Virus record (IMG/VR): IMGVR_UViG_3300043579_000029
Coordinates: 1-30,374 of that record
DNA: 30,374 bases
DNA from: a virus
Lineage: Duplodnaviria; Caudoviricetes
Reading direction: 5' to 3' (one strand)
Part shown: piece by piece, positions 1 to 8,628 of the stretch
Layout of the letters: every line of letters starts with the position of its first letter
Position numbering within the stretch: position 1 is the first letter of the stretch
The notes under the pieces: generated by a model
Told to the model about the DNA's origin: nothing
The model's input: the letters and a program-made list of their open reading frames with translations, nothing else
Database searches by the model: none
Made by a program: the position numbers and the translations under genes

Positions 1-982
1 CGTCGAAGGAAAGAAAAGTACCAATGCTCTTTGCCCATGCACTGTGGGGAGGTTTTTTCTCAAATACAATTATGGGCAGATTGGTCTTGCGCAGATTGTC
101 GAGAGCAATCGGCTTATCATAGTCGAGCAAGGCATAGCGCACGTCAACTTTAGGCAAGGTCTCTCGGACATAGGCAATCTTCTGGAACAAGCGCACCGCG
201 CGCTTGACCATATTCCTGCCTTCCGTTCTGCGCGTTGTCCAATAACCATGCTCGCTGTTCAAGTCAGCCTTTGGCAAGATCTTGCCATAGCGGGCCTTGA
301 TTGCAGCAAGTGTATCAGCCTTGGGATTGTCAGCCTTCGAATCGGCCAGAAGGGTTATCATCTCATAATCCTTCCGTCCGAGAGTGGTTGCATCGTAATA
401 ATCAGAGAAAGATGATCGCGTCTTCTTCTTCTGTTCGCCCTTGCTGTTAGTCACCTGTTCATCGTATTCGTCATAGTTGCCGTTGGCGCCCACATCTTTC
501 TTGTGACTGCCAACGATGGGCATATCCTTGATGGCTGCCTCTGTGTGAGCATGGATCATTCCGACCAGCACATGCAATGCACCAGTTTTGCTGTTCAACT
601 TGTGTTCGATCTGGGCATCAAGGCAGGCAATCAACTCAGCATCGGCCTTGCCTGCCAATTCGATCATTACCCTTGCACTGCCCGTGGCAGTCTCAATGCC
701 AGCAGGCTTGTCCTCGCTGTCGTCGTCGTCATCCTCGCTATCGTCTTCGTCATCCACCGTTTCCAGCTTGACCATTGCCGCAACGATATCGTCCTTCGAT
801 GCCTTGTCATCGGCATTCAAGACGATGCTGCTTATCTGCTCCAGGGAAAGTATGGTGCTCTTACCGTGCGCCTTCTTGTAGGCGACGCGGAAGGGCTTCA
901 CGTCATCCTTAGAAAGCGTAACAGTGCCTTCCGTTGCAACGTCGAAACGGAGAGCGGTAGTGTTCATGAGCATGTTGCGCAT
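1..982 (-). CDS. Hypothetical protein, partial (>327 aa, runs off left edge), with acidic tract DDEDDSEDDDDDSED
   Basis: Manual translation from ATG at 982 (MRNMLMNTTALRFDVATEG...) is stop-free to the window edge; AAGAAGGA SD upstream; not in the ORF track because it has no stop in the window. Confidence 0.85.
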   Translation of the reverse strand, partial: MRNMLMNTTALRFDVATEGTVTLSKDDVKPFRVAYKKAHGKSTILSLEQISSIVLNADDKASKDDIVAAMVKLETVDDEDDSEDDDDDSEDKPAGIETATGSARVMIELAGKADAELIACLDAQIEHKLNSKTGALHVLVGMIHAHTEAAIKDMPIVGSHKKDVGANGNYDEYDEQVTNSKGEQKKKTRSSFSDYYDATTLGRKDYEMITLLADSKADNPKADTLAAIKARYGKILPKADLNSEHGYWTTRRTEGRNMVKRAVRLFQKIAYVRETLPKVDVRYALLDYDKPIALDNLRKTNLPIIVFEKKPPHSAWAKSIGTFLSFD

Positions 983-1243
983 AGTGTAGTTTCCTTCTTG
1001 CACGGTTAGGGCCGCGCGTCCCGTTTGGGCATGTGCCCCTCATGAGCCGATACCTATCAGAGATATCGGCGCATGAAGTGCACTAGCCTTGCTGGTTATT
1101 CATCAGCAAGAAAGGCAAGGCAAGCAGGAGGGGAGAAAGCATAACAAGAGTAAGCATAACACTCTCCGTTCTGTTTGTTTGATTCATTATCAGTAGATTA
1201 GAACAGGGAAACGCTAATGCAAGCGGCTTAAGGTCTTATGCAT

Positions 1244-1354
1244 CTAGCAATCAATCTCATCTGAGAAAACAATGGTTGCCCACAATTCTAAACCGCCATT
1301 ATCATCGGCTGTGATAAAGCATCCCAAGCAAAGCATCATGTCTGTTAGCTTCAT
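1244..1354 (-). CDS. Small hypothetical protein (36 aa, MKLTDMMLCLGCFITADD...)
   Basis: AGGAG SD before ATG 1354; starts immediately after the stop of the upstream gene. Confidence 0.5.
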   Translation of the reverse strand: MKLTDMMLCLGCFITADDNGGLELWATIVFSDEIDC

Positions 1355-1355
1355 G

Positions 1356-1550
1356 TTAGTTGCTCCTGTTCTGTTTGATGGCAACGGTATCAATAACAAT
1401 GGGTGCGAGCGGGATACCCGCGAGATGGCGATGGACATGCACCATGCGTCCAACTTTGTTGACTGCAACGATGGTAATGCCTTGCGTTTTCTGTTCAGCA
1501 AATAGCTTTGCTATCTGCCGTTCCACATCTTGCCTTGTCCGGTACTGCAT
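1356..1550 (-). CDS. Hypothetical protein (64 aa, MQYRTRQDVERQIAK...)
   Basis: GGAG SD before ATG 1550; tandem with 1244-1354. Confidence 0.6.
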   Translation of the reverse strand: MQYRTRQDVERQIAKLFAEQKTQGITIVAVNKVGRMVHVHRHLAGIPLAPIVIDTVAIKQNRSN

Positions 1551-1708
1551 TGCCTTGCTCCATTGGTTGTTGACCAGTGCCAATAGTAGCATGTGAATTA
1601 GTGTTATCGGTAATTCGACTTTGAGTTGTTCTCTATCCGTCTCAAGTTATACAGCACAATAATGTGATTTGACATGCACTTAGTGCATAGCAGATGCAAC
1701 CTATGCAT

Positions 1709-1766
1709 GTGCAGGGTATACCATCAGAACAAAGGTAGCTTTGTCGAGATAGTATACCCTATGCAC
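1709..1766. repeat. Long imperfect inverted repeat
   Basis: GTGC-AGGGTATAC (1709-1721) pairs with GTATACCCT-AT-GCAC (1752-1766); inner ACAAAG/CTTTGT. Confidence 0.65.
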
Positions 1767-1780
1767 CAATAGGTTGTATG

Positions 1781-1926
1781 CTGTTATCAGTAAATAGAAT
1801 TGATGTTATCACTAATCTTCCCATTTGTGTTATCACTAAATACAATTAGCGATATCACATATTCAATTGGTGCCATCAGTAAATGAATTAGTGTTATCAG
1901 CAATAACATTTCATGTTATCAGCAAT
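1781..1926. repeat. Phased array of 7 degenerate direct repeats, consensus nTGTTATCASYAA, period about 22 bp
   Basis: Copies start at 1781, 1803, 1827, 1849, 1870, 1891, 1913; an extra copy at 1601. Confidence 0.8.
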
Positions 1927-2083
1927 ATGCTGCCGCGTATGTGTGGAGGTAGGTCGTTCGACCTATCATCATGTCGTCGGCAACCAACGGGGGCGGCAAG
2001 TCTACGCCCTTACCAGACATACAAGCGTAAACCCATGGCCCACACACCAACTTGCCCTATAGGTGCGTAAGCTCTTGATTTGA

Positions 2084-2111
2084 TTGACTTAATTTTTAAT
2101 TACTTTATAAT
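2084..2111 (+). promoter_or_regulatory. Sigma70-type early promoter
   Basis: TTGACT-16-TATAAT upstream of the first + strand gene. Confidence 0.8.
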
Positions 2112-2163
2112 GGTTACAATGGAAGTTGAGATTGGATAAAGCTTCCAGAAATAGGAGGGTTAA

Positions 2164-2505
2164 ATGGGACACCAAACTATAGCTGACTTGAAGGCAAAGC
2201 TCAGGTTCCTCGGTACGTACCAAGACCCGCATGACCCAATGCGGCAGGTATTCATTAACGCCAACTGGTTTCGTGCCCCCGAAAGGGACATTGAACTGGT
2301 CGGATGCCTGTACAAGGATGAGCTTTACAATGGCTCGTCATTCAGACGTTCCAAGAAAGGCAGTACACTTCCCGTCATCGAGCCCACTGGTAATTGGTGG
2401 GAAGGGCAAGGTATCGCATTCCCTTGGGGCAGACATGAACCTACAGGTCCAAGTTGGATTGACTTTCGTGAGACCCTCAAGGATTGCGGCGAATCCTTGA
2501 GGTAA
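2164..2505 (+). CDS. Hypothetical early protein (113 aa)
   Basis: AGGAGG SD; first ORF after the promoter. Confidence 0.8.
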   Translation: MGHQTIADLKAKLRFLGTYQDPHDPMRQVFINANWFRAPERDIELVGCLYKDELYNGSSFRRSKKGSTLPVIEPTGNWWEGQGIAFPWGRHEPTGPSWIDFRETLKDCGESLR

Positions 2506-2595
2506 GCGCGCTAGCTTAGTCTCAGCCCTAAGCATAGATTGCGCTCCATACCCGTCAGGCGCATTTGGCGGGTATGTGGGGCAATCCTGCCCACC
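2475..2595 (+). other. Cluster of stem-loops (possible RNase III processing or mRNA stability elements)
   Basis: CCTCAAGGATT/AATCCTTGAGG (2475-2502), GCTTAG/CTAAGC, CATACCCGTCAG/TTGGCGGGTATG (2547-2576), GTGGG/CCCAC. Confidence 0.55.
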
Positions 2596-2614
2596 TAGCT
2601 AGGAGGAGACAGAT

Positions 2615-2962
2615 ATGTCTCATCAATTCTGCGTTCAGGTTCACACGAAAGAGATTGTTAACGGTCGTCGGCACACTCCAGCCCGTGTTACCAGTCTTCC
2701 GGCTCACAGCTTGAAGGACGCCGAGTACGTCAGGGATCAGCTCAAGCATGACAAGAGCCGGACGTGCATTATCTGCATGACCGGTTACGTCCTTGGCACT
2801 GACAAGTCCTACGTCATTCCGGTCGAGCTCATCACCGAGATGTACGACCAGCTGACCAAGCCGCCGGCTAAGTCCTTAGACGAGATCGAGATCGAGGACG
2901 ATCTGCACTATGACTATGACCACGAGGGTCGGGTCCGGGCTGCCGAAGCTGCAACGTACTAA
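2615..2962 (+). CDS. Hypothetical early protein (115 aa, acidic C-terminus)
   Basis: AGGAGG SD; strong bias to C-ending codons. Confidence 0.85.
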   Translation: MSHQFCVQVHTKEIVNGRRHTPARVTSLPAHSLKDAEYVRDQLKHDKSRTCIICMTGYVLGTDKSYVIPVELITEMYDQLTKPPAKSLDEIEIEDDLHYDYDHEGRVRAAEAATY

Positions 2963-2969
2963 CAGTTCC

Positions 2970-3056
2970 TGCGGGAGGTAAGTCCGAACAACCACTCGCA
3001 GCGAAGGGGCGGGAAGGAGGCTTTCAGCCGAGATGTCCTCCTCCCGTTTCCTCTTT
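2970..3056 (+). other. Two intergenic stem-loops, the second long and imperfect (RNase III site-like)
   Basis: CTGCGGG/CTCGCAG; AAGGGGCGGGAAGGAGG pairs with CCTCCTCCCGTTTCCTCTTT. Confidence 0.5.
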
Positions 3057-3084
3057 ATCATTAGGGATTATAGAGGAGCGTGAG

Positions 3085-3201
3085 ATGACTAATAGGGAAC
3101 TAGTTCAAAGAAGTGTCAGCATATTCGTAGTTACATTCATGCTGGTACATTCAGACTTCAACCTAGGATGGTTAATCTTTACGGTGATCAGCCATGACTA
3201 A
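3085..3201 (+). CDS. Small hydrophobic protein (38 aa, MTNRELVQRSVSIFVVTFML...)
   Basis: GAGGAG SD; manual translation; overlaps next start. Confidence 0.55.
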   Translation: MTNRELVQRSVSIFVVTFMLVHSDFNLGWLIFTVISHD

Positions 3202-3367
3202 ACATGATGAAGATGCGCACATTGATGTGTGCATGGGATGTGGTCGTTATTACGGCTATACCCAGAGCCTGGTTGATCTGTGGTATGCATCACGGTTGCA
3301 TAACGACAAACAAGTGATGCCTCAACTCTGCTATTCATGCATGAAAAAGGAATATGACTATGACTAG
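3194..3367 (+). CDS. Small zinc-ribbon protein (57 aa, CMGC...CYSC)
   Basis: Manual translation MTKHDEDAHIDVCMGCGRYYGYTQSLVDLWYASRLHNDKQVMPQLCYSCMKKEYDYD; fills the gap between flanking genes. Confidence 0.7.
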   Translation: MTKHDEDAHIDVCMGCGRYYGYTQSLVDLWYASRLHNDKQVMPQLCYSCMKKEYDYD

Positions 3368-3614
3368 CAGGAAATTCACCAATAGACCCAGACACAATGA
3401 TAAAGTCTGGGTCGAAGCACGTTTGTTTGAAGACCTGCAACCCAACGGCTATGTTCTAAACATAGATTGGGAAGAGCGTGAACTATTAGTTAAATTCTTG
3501 GGCAACAAGACCGACTTCCTAAAGGGAAGTGGGGATGTAGAAGAATATTCATTTGATCAATTTGAAGGATGCTTTCATAAAGAACATGACGGCATCTGGA
3601 TGCTTTACGACTAA
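3354..3614 (+). CDS. Hypothetical protein (86 aa)
   Basis: ORF with AAGGA SD in tandem operon. Confidence 0.75.
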   Translation: MTMTSRKFTNRPRHNDKVWVEARLFEDLQPNGYVLNIDWEERELLVKFLGNKTDFLKGSGDVEEYSFDQFEGCFHKEHDGIWMLYD

Positions 3615-3625
3615 ATCATCATGCT

Positions 3626-3841
3626 ATGATAGGTGCTACGGACATGGACAGAATGAACGGTTTCACGCAAGAAGTAGTACGTCATTACGAAATGACTGTA
3701 ATCGGTATGAAATACAAGAGAGCATTGAACTATCTCTGGCTGAGAACGCACCTCAGTAAAGATGCTCTCAAGGTATGGATGGAAAGAATTATTGAACGCA
3801 ACCCGAATAGTGTCTTAGCCTTGAGCAAGCCCCGCAAGTGA
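3626..3841 (+). CDS. Hypothetical protein (up to 71 aa)
   Basis: Tandem ORF; start may be a downstream ATG. Confidence 0.65.
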   Translation: MIGATDMDRMNGFTQEVVRHYEMTVIGMKYKRALNYLWLRTHLSKDALKVWMERIIERNPNSVLALSKPRK

Positions 3842-3858
3842 TTAAGTCTTTGTTTTGC

Positions 3859-3886
3859 TTGACTTAATTTCTCATTAGATTATAAT
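3859..3886 (+). promoter_or_regulatory. Sigma70-type promoter, near-copy of the 2084 promoter
   Basis: TTGACT-16-TATAAT; shares TTGACTTAATTT...TATAATrGTTAyAATGG with 2084-2122. Confidence 0.8.
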
Positions 3887-3917
3887 AGTTATAATGGGAA
3901 TTGAGAGGAGAACAAAG

Positions 3918-4343
3918 ATGGCGAAGACGCGAAAGAAAGGAAAGATGAGGCGTGCCTACTTGAAGCTATGGGGCGCTGCTATGATCAATACTGGGCAAGG
4001 TCCCAGTAAAGAGGTAGTGCGGGAGTATCATGAACGCACTAAGTCTCTTGGTACGGCGGATCATACTACCTTGTTCAAAGGAATACCTCCTGGACGAGTA
4101 GATGTAATCGACCGCCTAGTGCAAGTCCTCGGGGAAATTCCCCCGGAGCGGCATGTAAAGCTTATTGACAGCAAGGCTATTGAGCTAAAGCTGTTCTTTA
4201 ACGATAAACACGATAGATGGTTTTTCCTCTATCGAAGAGGTAAATTAGTTCAACAATCAACAATTTATGCATGTAAAGCATACGCCATGGCAGCGTATGC
4301 GCGTGGAAGTATCTATTGGCTTGATTCCTTTATTCAGGACTAG
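3918..4343 (+). CDS. Hypothetical basic protein (141 aa)
   Basis: GAGGAG SD before ATG 3918 (MAKTRKKG). Confidence 0.8.
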   Translation: MAKTRKKGKMRRAYLKLWGAAMINTGQGPSKEVVREYHERTKSLGTADHTTLFKGIPPGRVDVIDRLVQVLGEIPPERHVKLIDSKAIELKLFFNDKHDRWFFLYRRGKLVQQSTIYACKAYAMAAYARGSIYWLDSFIQD

Positions 4344-4388
4344 TGTCCCGTCCGGGCTTGTCCCAGTTCCCCTCCTAGCCCGGAACTT

Positions 4389-4427
4389 GACCCCCTGGTG
4401 CTGTAATGGCACTAGGGGGTTCTTTTT
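4389..4427 (+). terminator. Rho-independent terminator
   Basis: GACCCCCTGGTGC/GCACTAGGGGGTT stem followed by CTTTTT. Confidence 0.85.
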
Positions 4428-4458
4428 CGTTTATGACTAACAAGAGAAAGGGTTAGCC

Positions 4459-4932
4459 ATGTGGCCAATAGTATTTTACCCAGAACTGATCGAGTACTGG
4501 GAGAAAGGGAATGAATGGCTTCGCCATTACACTCCTTTTCTTTTGCTGGTATTCGGTATCTTGTTGATCGCTCTCGTAGCTCAACTCCTTGGGACAAGGA
4601 GTGTTAGGAGGGAAGTTCCTATGACTAGGCAGGAGAGAAGGGACTATCTCCGGTCTATGGTCAGCGATATGATCACTGACGGACTGGAAGAGAAGTACAA
4701 CAGAGGCAAGATAACCAAAGAAGAAAAGACCCTCTGGTATCGTAAGCTTTCAGGCGTAGGTCTGGGTGAACTCTTGCCCAGGAATACTCCAGCTCGTCAG
4801 CAGACGCTGAAAGAGAACATCATGGAACGCCTGGGTATTGCCAGCGCAAAGGAGGCAAAGGACAAACTGCCGAAGCCTGAGTTCCAGCCTAAGAGTAAGA
4901 TCGGATCAATCCTGTTTCGATCTACGAAGTAA
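4459..4932 (+). CDS. Hypothetical membrane-anchored protein (157 aa)
   Basis: One hydrophobic segment FLLLVFGILLIALVAQLL. Confidence 0.75.
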   Translation: MWPIVFYPELIEYWEKGNEWLRHYTPFLLLVFGILLIALVAQLLGTRSVRREVPMTRQERRDYLRSMVSDMITDGLEEKYNRGKITKEEKTLWYRKLSGVGLGELLPRNTPARQQTLKENIMERLGIASAKEAKDKLPKPEFQPKSKIGSILFRSTK

Positions 4933-4958
4933 CTCCCTACGACCGAAGGAGCACACAT

Positions 4959-6431
4959 ATGTCTCAGGGTGTTATACTCGTTAAGAACCAGAAATTCCTC
5001 ATACCAGACGATCTCTTAGCAAAGACCGTCGAACTCAACAAGACTGCTGCTGGTTGTGCACTAGTTATGCCTGGCAACAAGTACATCGACATTGACGCCG
5101 GCATCGGAGCAATTCCTTTGTCCGACGCAAAGAAGGCGCAAGAGGCTTTCAAGGAAGCCACTGTCCTCTTTTGGTATGTCAACGCTCCATCAGGGGCCTT
5201 CTTGAAGGAAGACTTGCAACCCTTCGTTCTGATCAGAGACAGCAATGAGAAGCCAATTCTCGTTGCCTTCTTGGAAGGAGACTTCTCAGCGTACAAGGAA
5301 CTCGACTCGTCACATACGAACGAGTTCTTCGCAATCCAGAAGCACATACTTCCGAAGTTCACGAAGCTCTATGGCTTCGTCGGCAACAACATCGACAAGC
5401 TCATGGCTGAGCTGGATGACCCCGTCATAAGGGGAGAACTCATCCAGAATGCAGGCACACGGGGGACAATCACGTTCCTCGCTGGTACCGGCCAGATCAG
5501 CACATTCCACAACAACGATCTCAAACGTGACTACGTTTGGGGATGGACATCGAATGCCTTTGGACTGGAGAGCCCTGCCGATGTTAAGAACGAAGCGGCA
5601 CCATCAGTCATGTCAAACATTGCCAACCTCAAGGCGAAGCTCCTCGCCGGAAAGGTGTCGGCAGATAAGCCGGTTGTGGCTGAAGAAAAGAAAGAGGAAA
5701 AGCTTGTTACTCCTCCTCCTGCTGCTAATGATGTTGTCATGTGGCGTCCTGGTCCGGAGCTGCGTTCCAACAACCAAGTCCGTCAAGCTTACCTGGAGAA
5801 ATGCGGATTCCTGCCTCCTAACTGGAAGCAACGGCCGGAAGTTGCCATCAAGCACAAGGGCAAGACTGTCCTCAAGGACATGAAGGAACTCGGTATTGCA
5901 ATTCCTCCGGAGACTTTGAAGAAGTCTGCCGAACTTGGGGCAAAACTGGAGAAGGAGTTCCAGAAGAATACTACTCCCAAGCATATTCCCACCTCACCTC
6001 TGGTGGAAGACATCAAGGAGCAGGCTGTTACTGAAGCCGCCTTGCCATGCATCCCTCCGGTGGAGTTGAAGGAAATCCACGACTCGTTCTTCCAACGGAA
6101 CGATGTCAAACGTCTCTTGGATAAGAATGGACAAGAGCTTCCATTCGATCCAGCAACGTTCCAAGAACTGGAGACCAAGCATCCGACTTATACTGAACAG
6201 GTTGGCATGGCTGCTCTAACCGATACTTCCAATTGGTCAGACAAGGCAATGTACGAGCATTGCCATCGGTACCCGCACGCTACCTTCGCCTTGTTGAAGC
6301 AATTCCGTATTGCATACTTCAACCAAGTCAAGAAGAATGCGGCTGCTCCAAAGCCTGTCTCTCAGGGAGAGTCTGAGGAAAAGACTCCGTCAATTGCGGA
6401 GTTGAAGGCTCGAATGAAGAAGGCCATGTAA
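4959..6431 (+). CDS. 490-aa protein with degenerate N-terminal class II glutamine amidotransferase (Ntn) domain
   Basis: AAGGAG SD; motif order IP..L...N...G / AP.G....DLQPF / LEG / WTSN mirrors phage GATase NPDG.G / AT.G...N.HPF / HNG / W.SN; no N-terminal Cys. Confidence 0.6.
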   Translation: MSQGVILVKNQKFLIPDDLLAKTVELNKTAAGCALVMPGNKYIDIDAGIGAIPLSDAKKAQEAFKEATVLFWYVNAPSGAFLKEDLQPFVLIRDSNEKPILVAFLEGDFSAYKELDSSHTNEFFAIQKHILPKFTKLYGFVGNNIDKLMAELDDPVIRGELIQNAGTRGTITFLAGTGQISTFHNNDLKRDYVWGWTSNAFGLESPADVKNEAAPSVMSNIANLKAKLLAGKVSADKPVVAEEKKEEKLVTPPPAANDVVMWRPGPELRSNNQVRQAYLEKCGFLPPNWKQRPEVAIKHKGKTVLKDMKELGIAIPPETLKKSAELGAKLEKEFQKNTTPKHIPTSPLVEDIKEQAVTEAALPCIPPVELKEIHDSFFQRNDVKRLLDKNGQELPFDPATFQELETKHPTYTEQVGMAALTDTSNWSDKAMYEHCHRYPHATFALLKQFRIAYFNQVKKNAAAPKPVSQGESEEKTPSIAELKARMKKAM

Positions 6432-6476
6432 TTGGCTTTCGCACCCCTCTGGTGATAGGTCGTACGGAGCTGCAAA

Positions 6477-7082
6477 ATGTTTAATCTTTGGAAGAAGAAG
6501 AAGTCTGTTTTCCCCGACGCAGATTGGTTCGAGGAGATAGAAAGGGAGACTGATTTCACCCCGGACATATGGCGTCTGGAGCGTTATCAGTTTCAGTTGA
6601 TGTTCATCTATGGTGAGATGATGCGTCAACATCAAATGCATTCCTTGGTGCAGGAGTTCTCTATGCCATTGGCCAAAGGATTCACCCAAGGGAAGTATTC
6701 ACTGTGGAAGAAGAACTTGGGGAACGTAAGTTTCCCAATAGCCTTGGATGTACCTTTCTCAGGTGCTCCATTGGAAGCTATCAAGGGAGAATTGTACGCA
6801 ATTCAAACTTCGCAGTACATAAACCTTGACAAATTCAAGCTAAACGGTTATCATTTCCTTCGCCAAAGAGTACCAATCGTTATCCCTTACAGGGAGATCG
6901 GTGGGTACGAGCAATCTACGAAGATCCAAGCATGGATGTACGTAGGCATTTCCGATTACTGGGTCGAGCAACTCGATGCCGGTTATTTGTTCTCGCCCGT
7001 TCGGGTGTTCAAACCATCTAAAGCATGGACTGACAAGTACTATTACTTTTCAATAATGGAATATGAATCCAATAACAAATAA
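6477..7082 (+). CDS. Gamma-glutamyl cyclotransferase (GGCT/AIG2-like) family protein
   Basis: LMFIYGEMM, IKGELYAI, LDKFK, FLRQRVPI, AWMYVG match the family pattern. Confidence 0.8.
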   Translation: MFNLWKKKKSVFPDADWFEEIERETDFTPDIWRLERYQFQLMFIYGEMMRQHQMHSLVQEFSMPLAKGFTQGKYSLWKKNLGNVSFPIALDVPFSGAPLEAIKGELYAIQTSQYINLDKFKLNGYHFLRQRVPIVIPYREIGGYEQSTKIQAWMYVGISDYWVEQLDAGYLFSPVRVFKPSKAWTDKYYYFSIMEYESNNK

Positions 7083-8628
7083 TACCATCGCAGAACTCCA
7101 CATCCCCTGTCCAAAATGCAGCTCATCAGACGCTTATTGCGTCTATGGAGATGGCCATGGATACTGTTTTTCGTGTGAATATTACAGTCCGCCCGAAGGG
7201 AAAGAGAATAGTTCAGTTGAGTACACTCGCGAATATCTACCGTGGCGTGGGGTTGAAGCTTCAACATTTAGAACGTACGGGGCTCTTACCCGAGTGGACA
7301 ATACCGGAAAACCCATTTCACTTGAGTTTTGGTATCCAGAAGGTGCGTGTAAGATTAGGTTATTACATCGTAAGGAATTTTTCTCCACCGGAGATATAGC
7401 CAAAGCTGGTTTATTTGGTCGTAATAAGTTCGCGGCTGGAAGTCACAAACACGTGACTATAACCGAAGGAGAGTTAGATGCGTGCAGTCTCTATCAGGTT
7501 CTTCGTAGCCCTGTGGTCTCTGTGCAAAGCAGCAGTACTGCTAAGCGCGATTGCATTCTGGATCTTGATTGGCTCCGTAGCTTCGAACGGATATATCTCG
7601 CGTTCGACAATGATGAAGCAGGGCGAGAAGCTCTATCTCGCTGCGCAAAGCTGTTCGACTACAATAAAGTCTTTGTGGTAAAATACAGCAACCGCAAGGA
7701 TGCTAACGAATATCTTCAAGCAGGAGAAACAGAGGAGCTTAGAAACCTATGGTGGAACAGCAAGAAGTATCTTCCCGAAACTATAGTCTCTTCTTTCAAG
7801 GAGTTCTCCGATATATTGAGAGAACCAGCCCAGAAGGGAGTATCATATCCGTGGTGTACAATATCGGAGATGACGTACGGAATACGTACCTCCGAATCAG
7901 TATTAATTACAGCCCAGGAGGGAGTCGGAAAGACTGAGCTGATGCACGCGATTGAACATCATTTTCTTAAGGAGACTGACTATGCAATCGGCGCAATCTA
8001 CCTCGAGGAACCTAAGAAACGCCATCTACAAGCCATTGCTGGATTGGAACTCAGTAAACCGGTCCACCTTCCAGACAGCGGCGTTACGGATGATCAAGTC
8101 ATTTCTGCGCTCGAAAAGGTTGTTCGCGTGGATGACCGTCTTCATCTCTACAGTCACTTTGGGAGCGATGATCCAGAATCACTTCTGGACACGATACGGT
8201 TTCTCGTCGCTGCTCGTTCTTGTCGCGTTATCCTGCTGGACCACATTACTATGGCTGTTAGCGGTCTTGCAGGCGAGGATGAACGACGAGCCCTCGACTA
8301 CCTCTCAACCAGACTCGAAATGATGGTGAAGGAGCTAGACTTCGCACTCATCATCGTCTCTCACGTCAACGATGTCGGACAAACACGTGGCAGCAGGTAC
8401 ATCAGCAAGATAGCTGACATTCGTATTGATGCCGCTAGAGATGTAAATAGTGGTGAAAACGTAGTATACCTGAGCATCAGTAAGAATAGGTTCTCAGGTA
8501 GAACGGGACCGGCTGGTAAACTGATCTTTGACCCTGACACTTTCACTCTTAGAGAGGAACTGAACTATGAATCGTCCCAAAATCCCCGCTCAGACGGTAA
8601 CAGCCGAACTCCGGCACTGGTATTTTGA
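7063..8628 (+). CDS. T7 gp4-like DNA primase-helicase
   Basis: Zn ribbon CPKC...CFSC, TOPRIM ITEGELDA and FDNDEAG, KDANEYL, Walker A AQEGVGKT, ILLDHI, VSH, KNRFSGRTG. Confidence 0.97.
   Translation: MNPITNNTIAELHIPCPKCSSSDAYCVYGDGHGYCFSCEYYSPPEGKENSSVEYTREYLPWRGVEASTFRTYGALTRVDNTGKPISLEFWYPEGACKIRLLHRKEFFSTGDIAKAGLFGRNKFAAGSHKHVTITEGELDACSLYQVLRSPVVSVQSSSTAKRDCILDLDWLRSFERIYLAFDNDEAGREALSRCAKLFDYNKVFVVKYSNRKDANEYLQAGETEELRNLWWNSKKYLPETIVSSFKEFSDILREPAQKGVSYPWCTISEMTYGIRTSESVLITAQEGVGKTELMHAIEHHFLKETDYAIGAIYLEEPKKRHLQAIAGLELSKPVHLPDSGVTDDQVISALEKVVRVDDRLHLYSHFGSDDPESLLDTIRFLVAARSCRVILLDHITMAVSGLAGEDERRALDYLSTRLEMMVKELDFALIIVSHVNDVGQTRGSRYISKIADIRIDAARDVNSGENVVYLSISKNRFSGRTGPAGKLIFDPDTFTLREELNYESSQNPRSDGNSRTPALVF

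Noticed and set aside
44-1009. + strand ORFs 44-415, 503-1009, 577-771 and 588-881
   Set aside because: Antisense shadows of the - strand gene 982 to the left edge, which has an SD and natural composition
1781-1926. Repeat array as a CRISPR array
   Set aside because: Period of about 22 bp with degenerate ~13-bp units is far too short for repeat plus spacer
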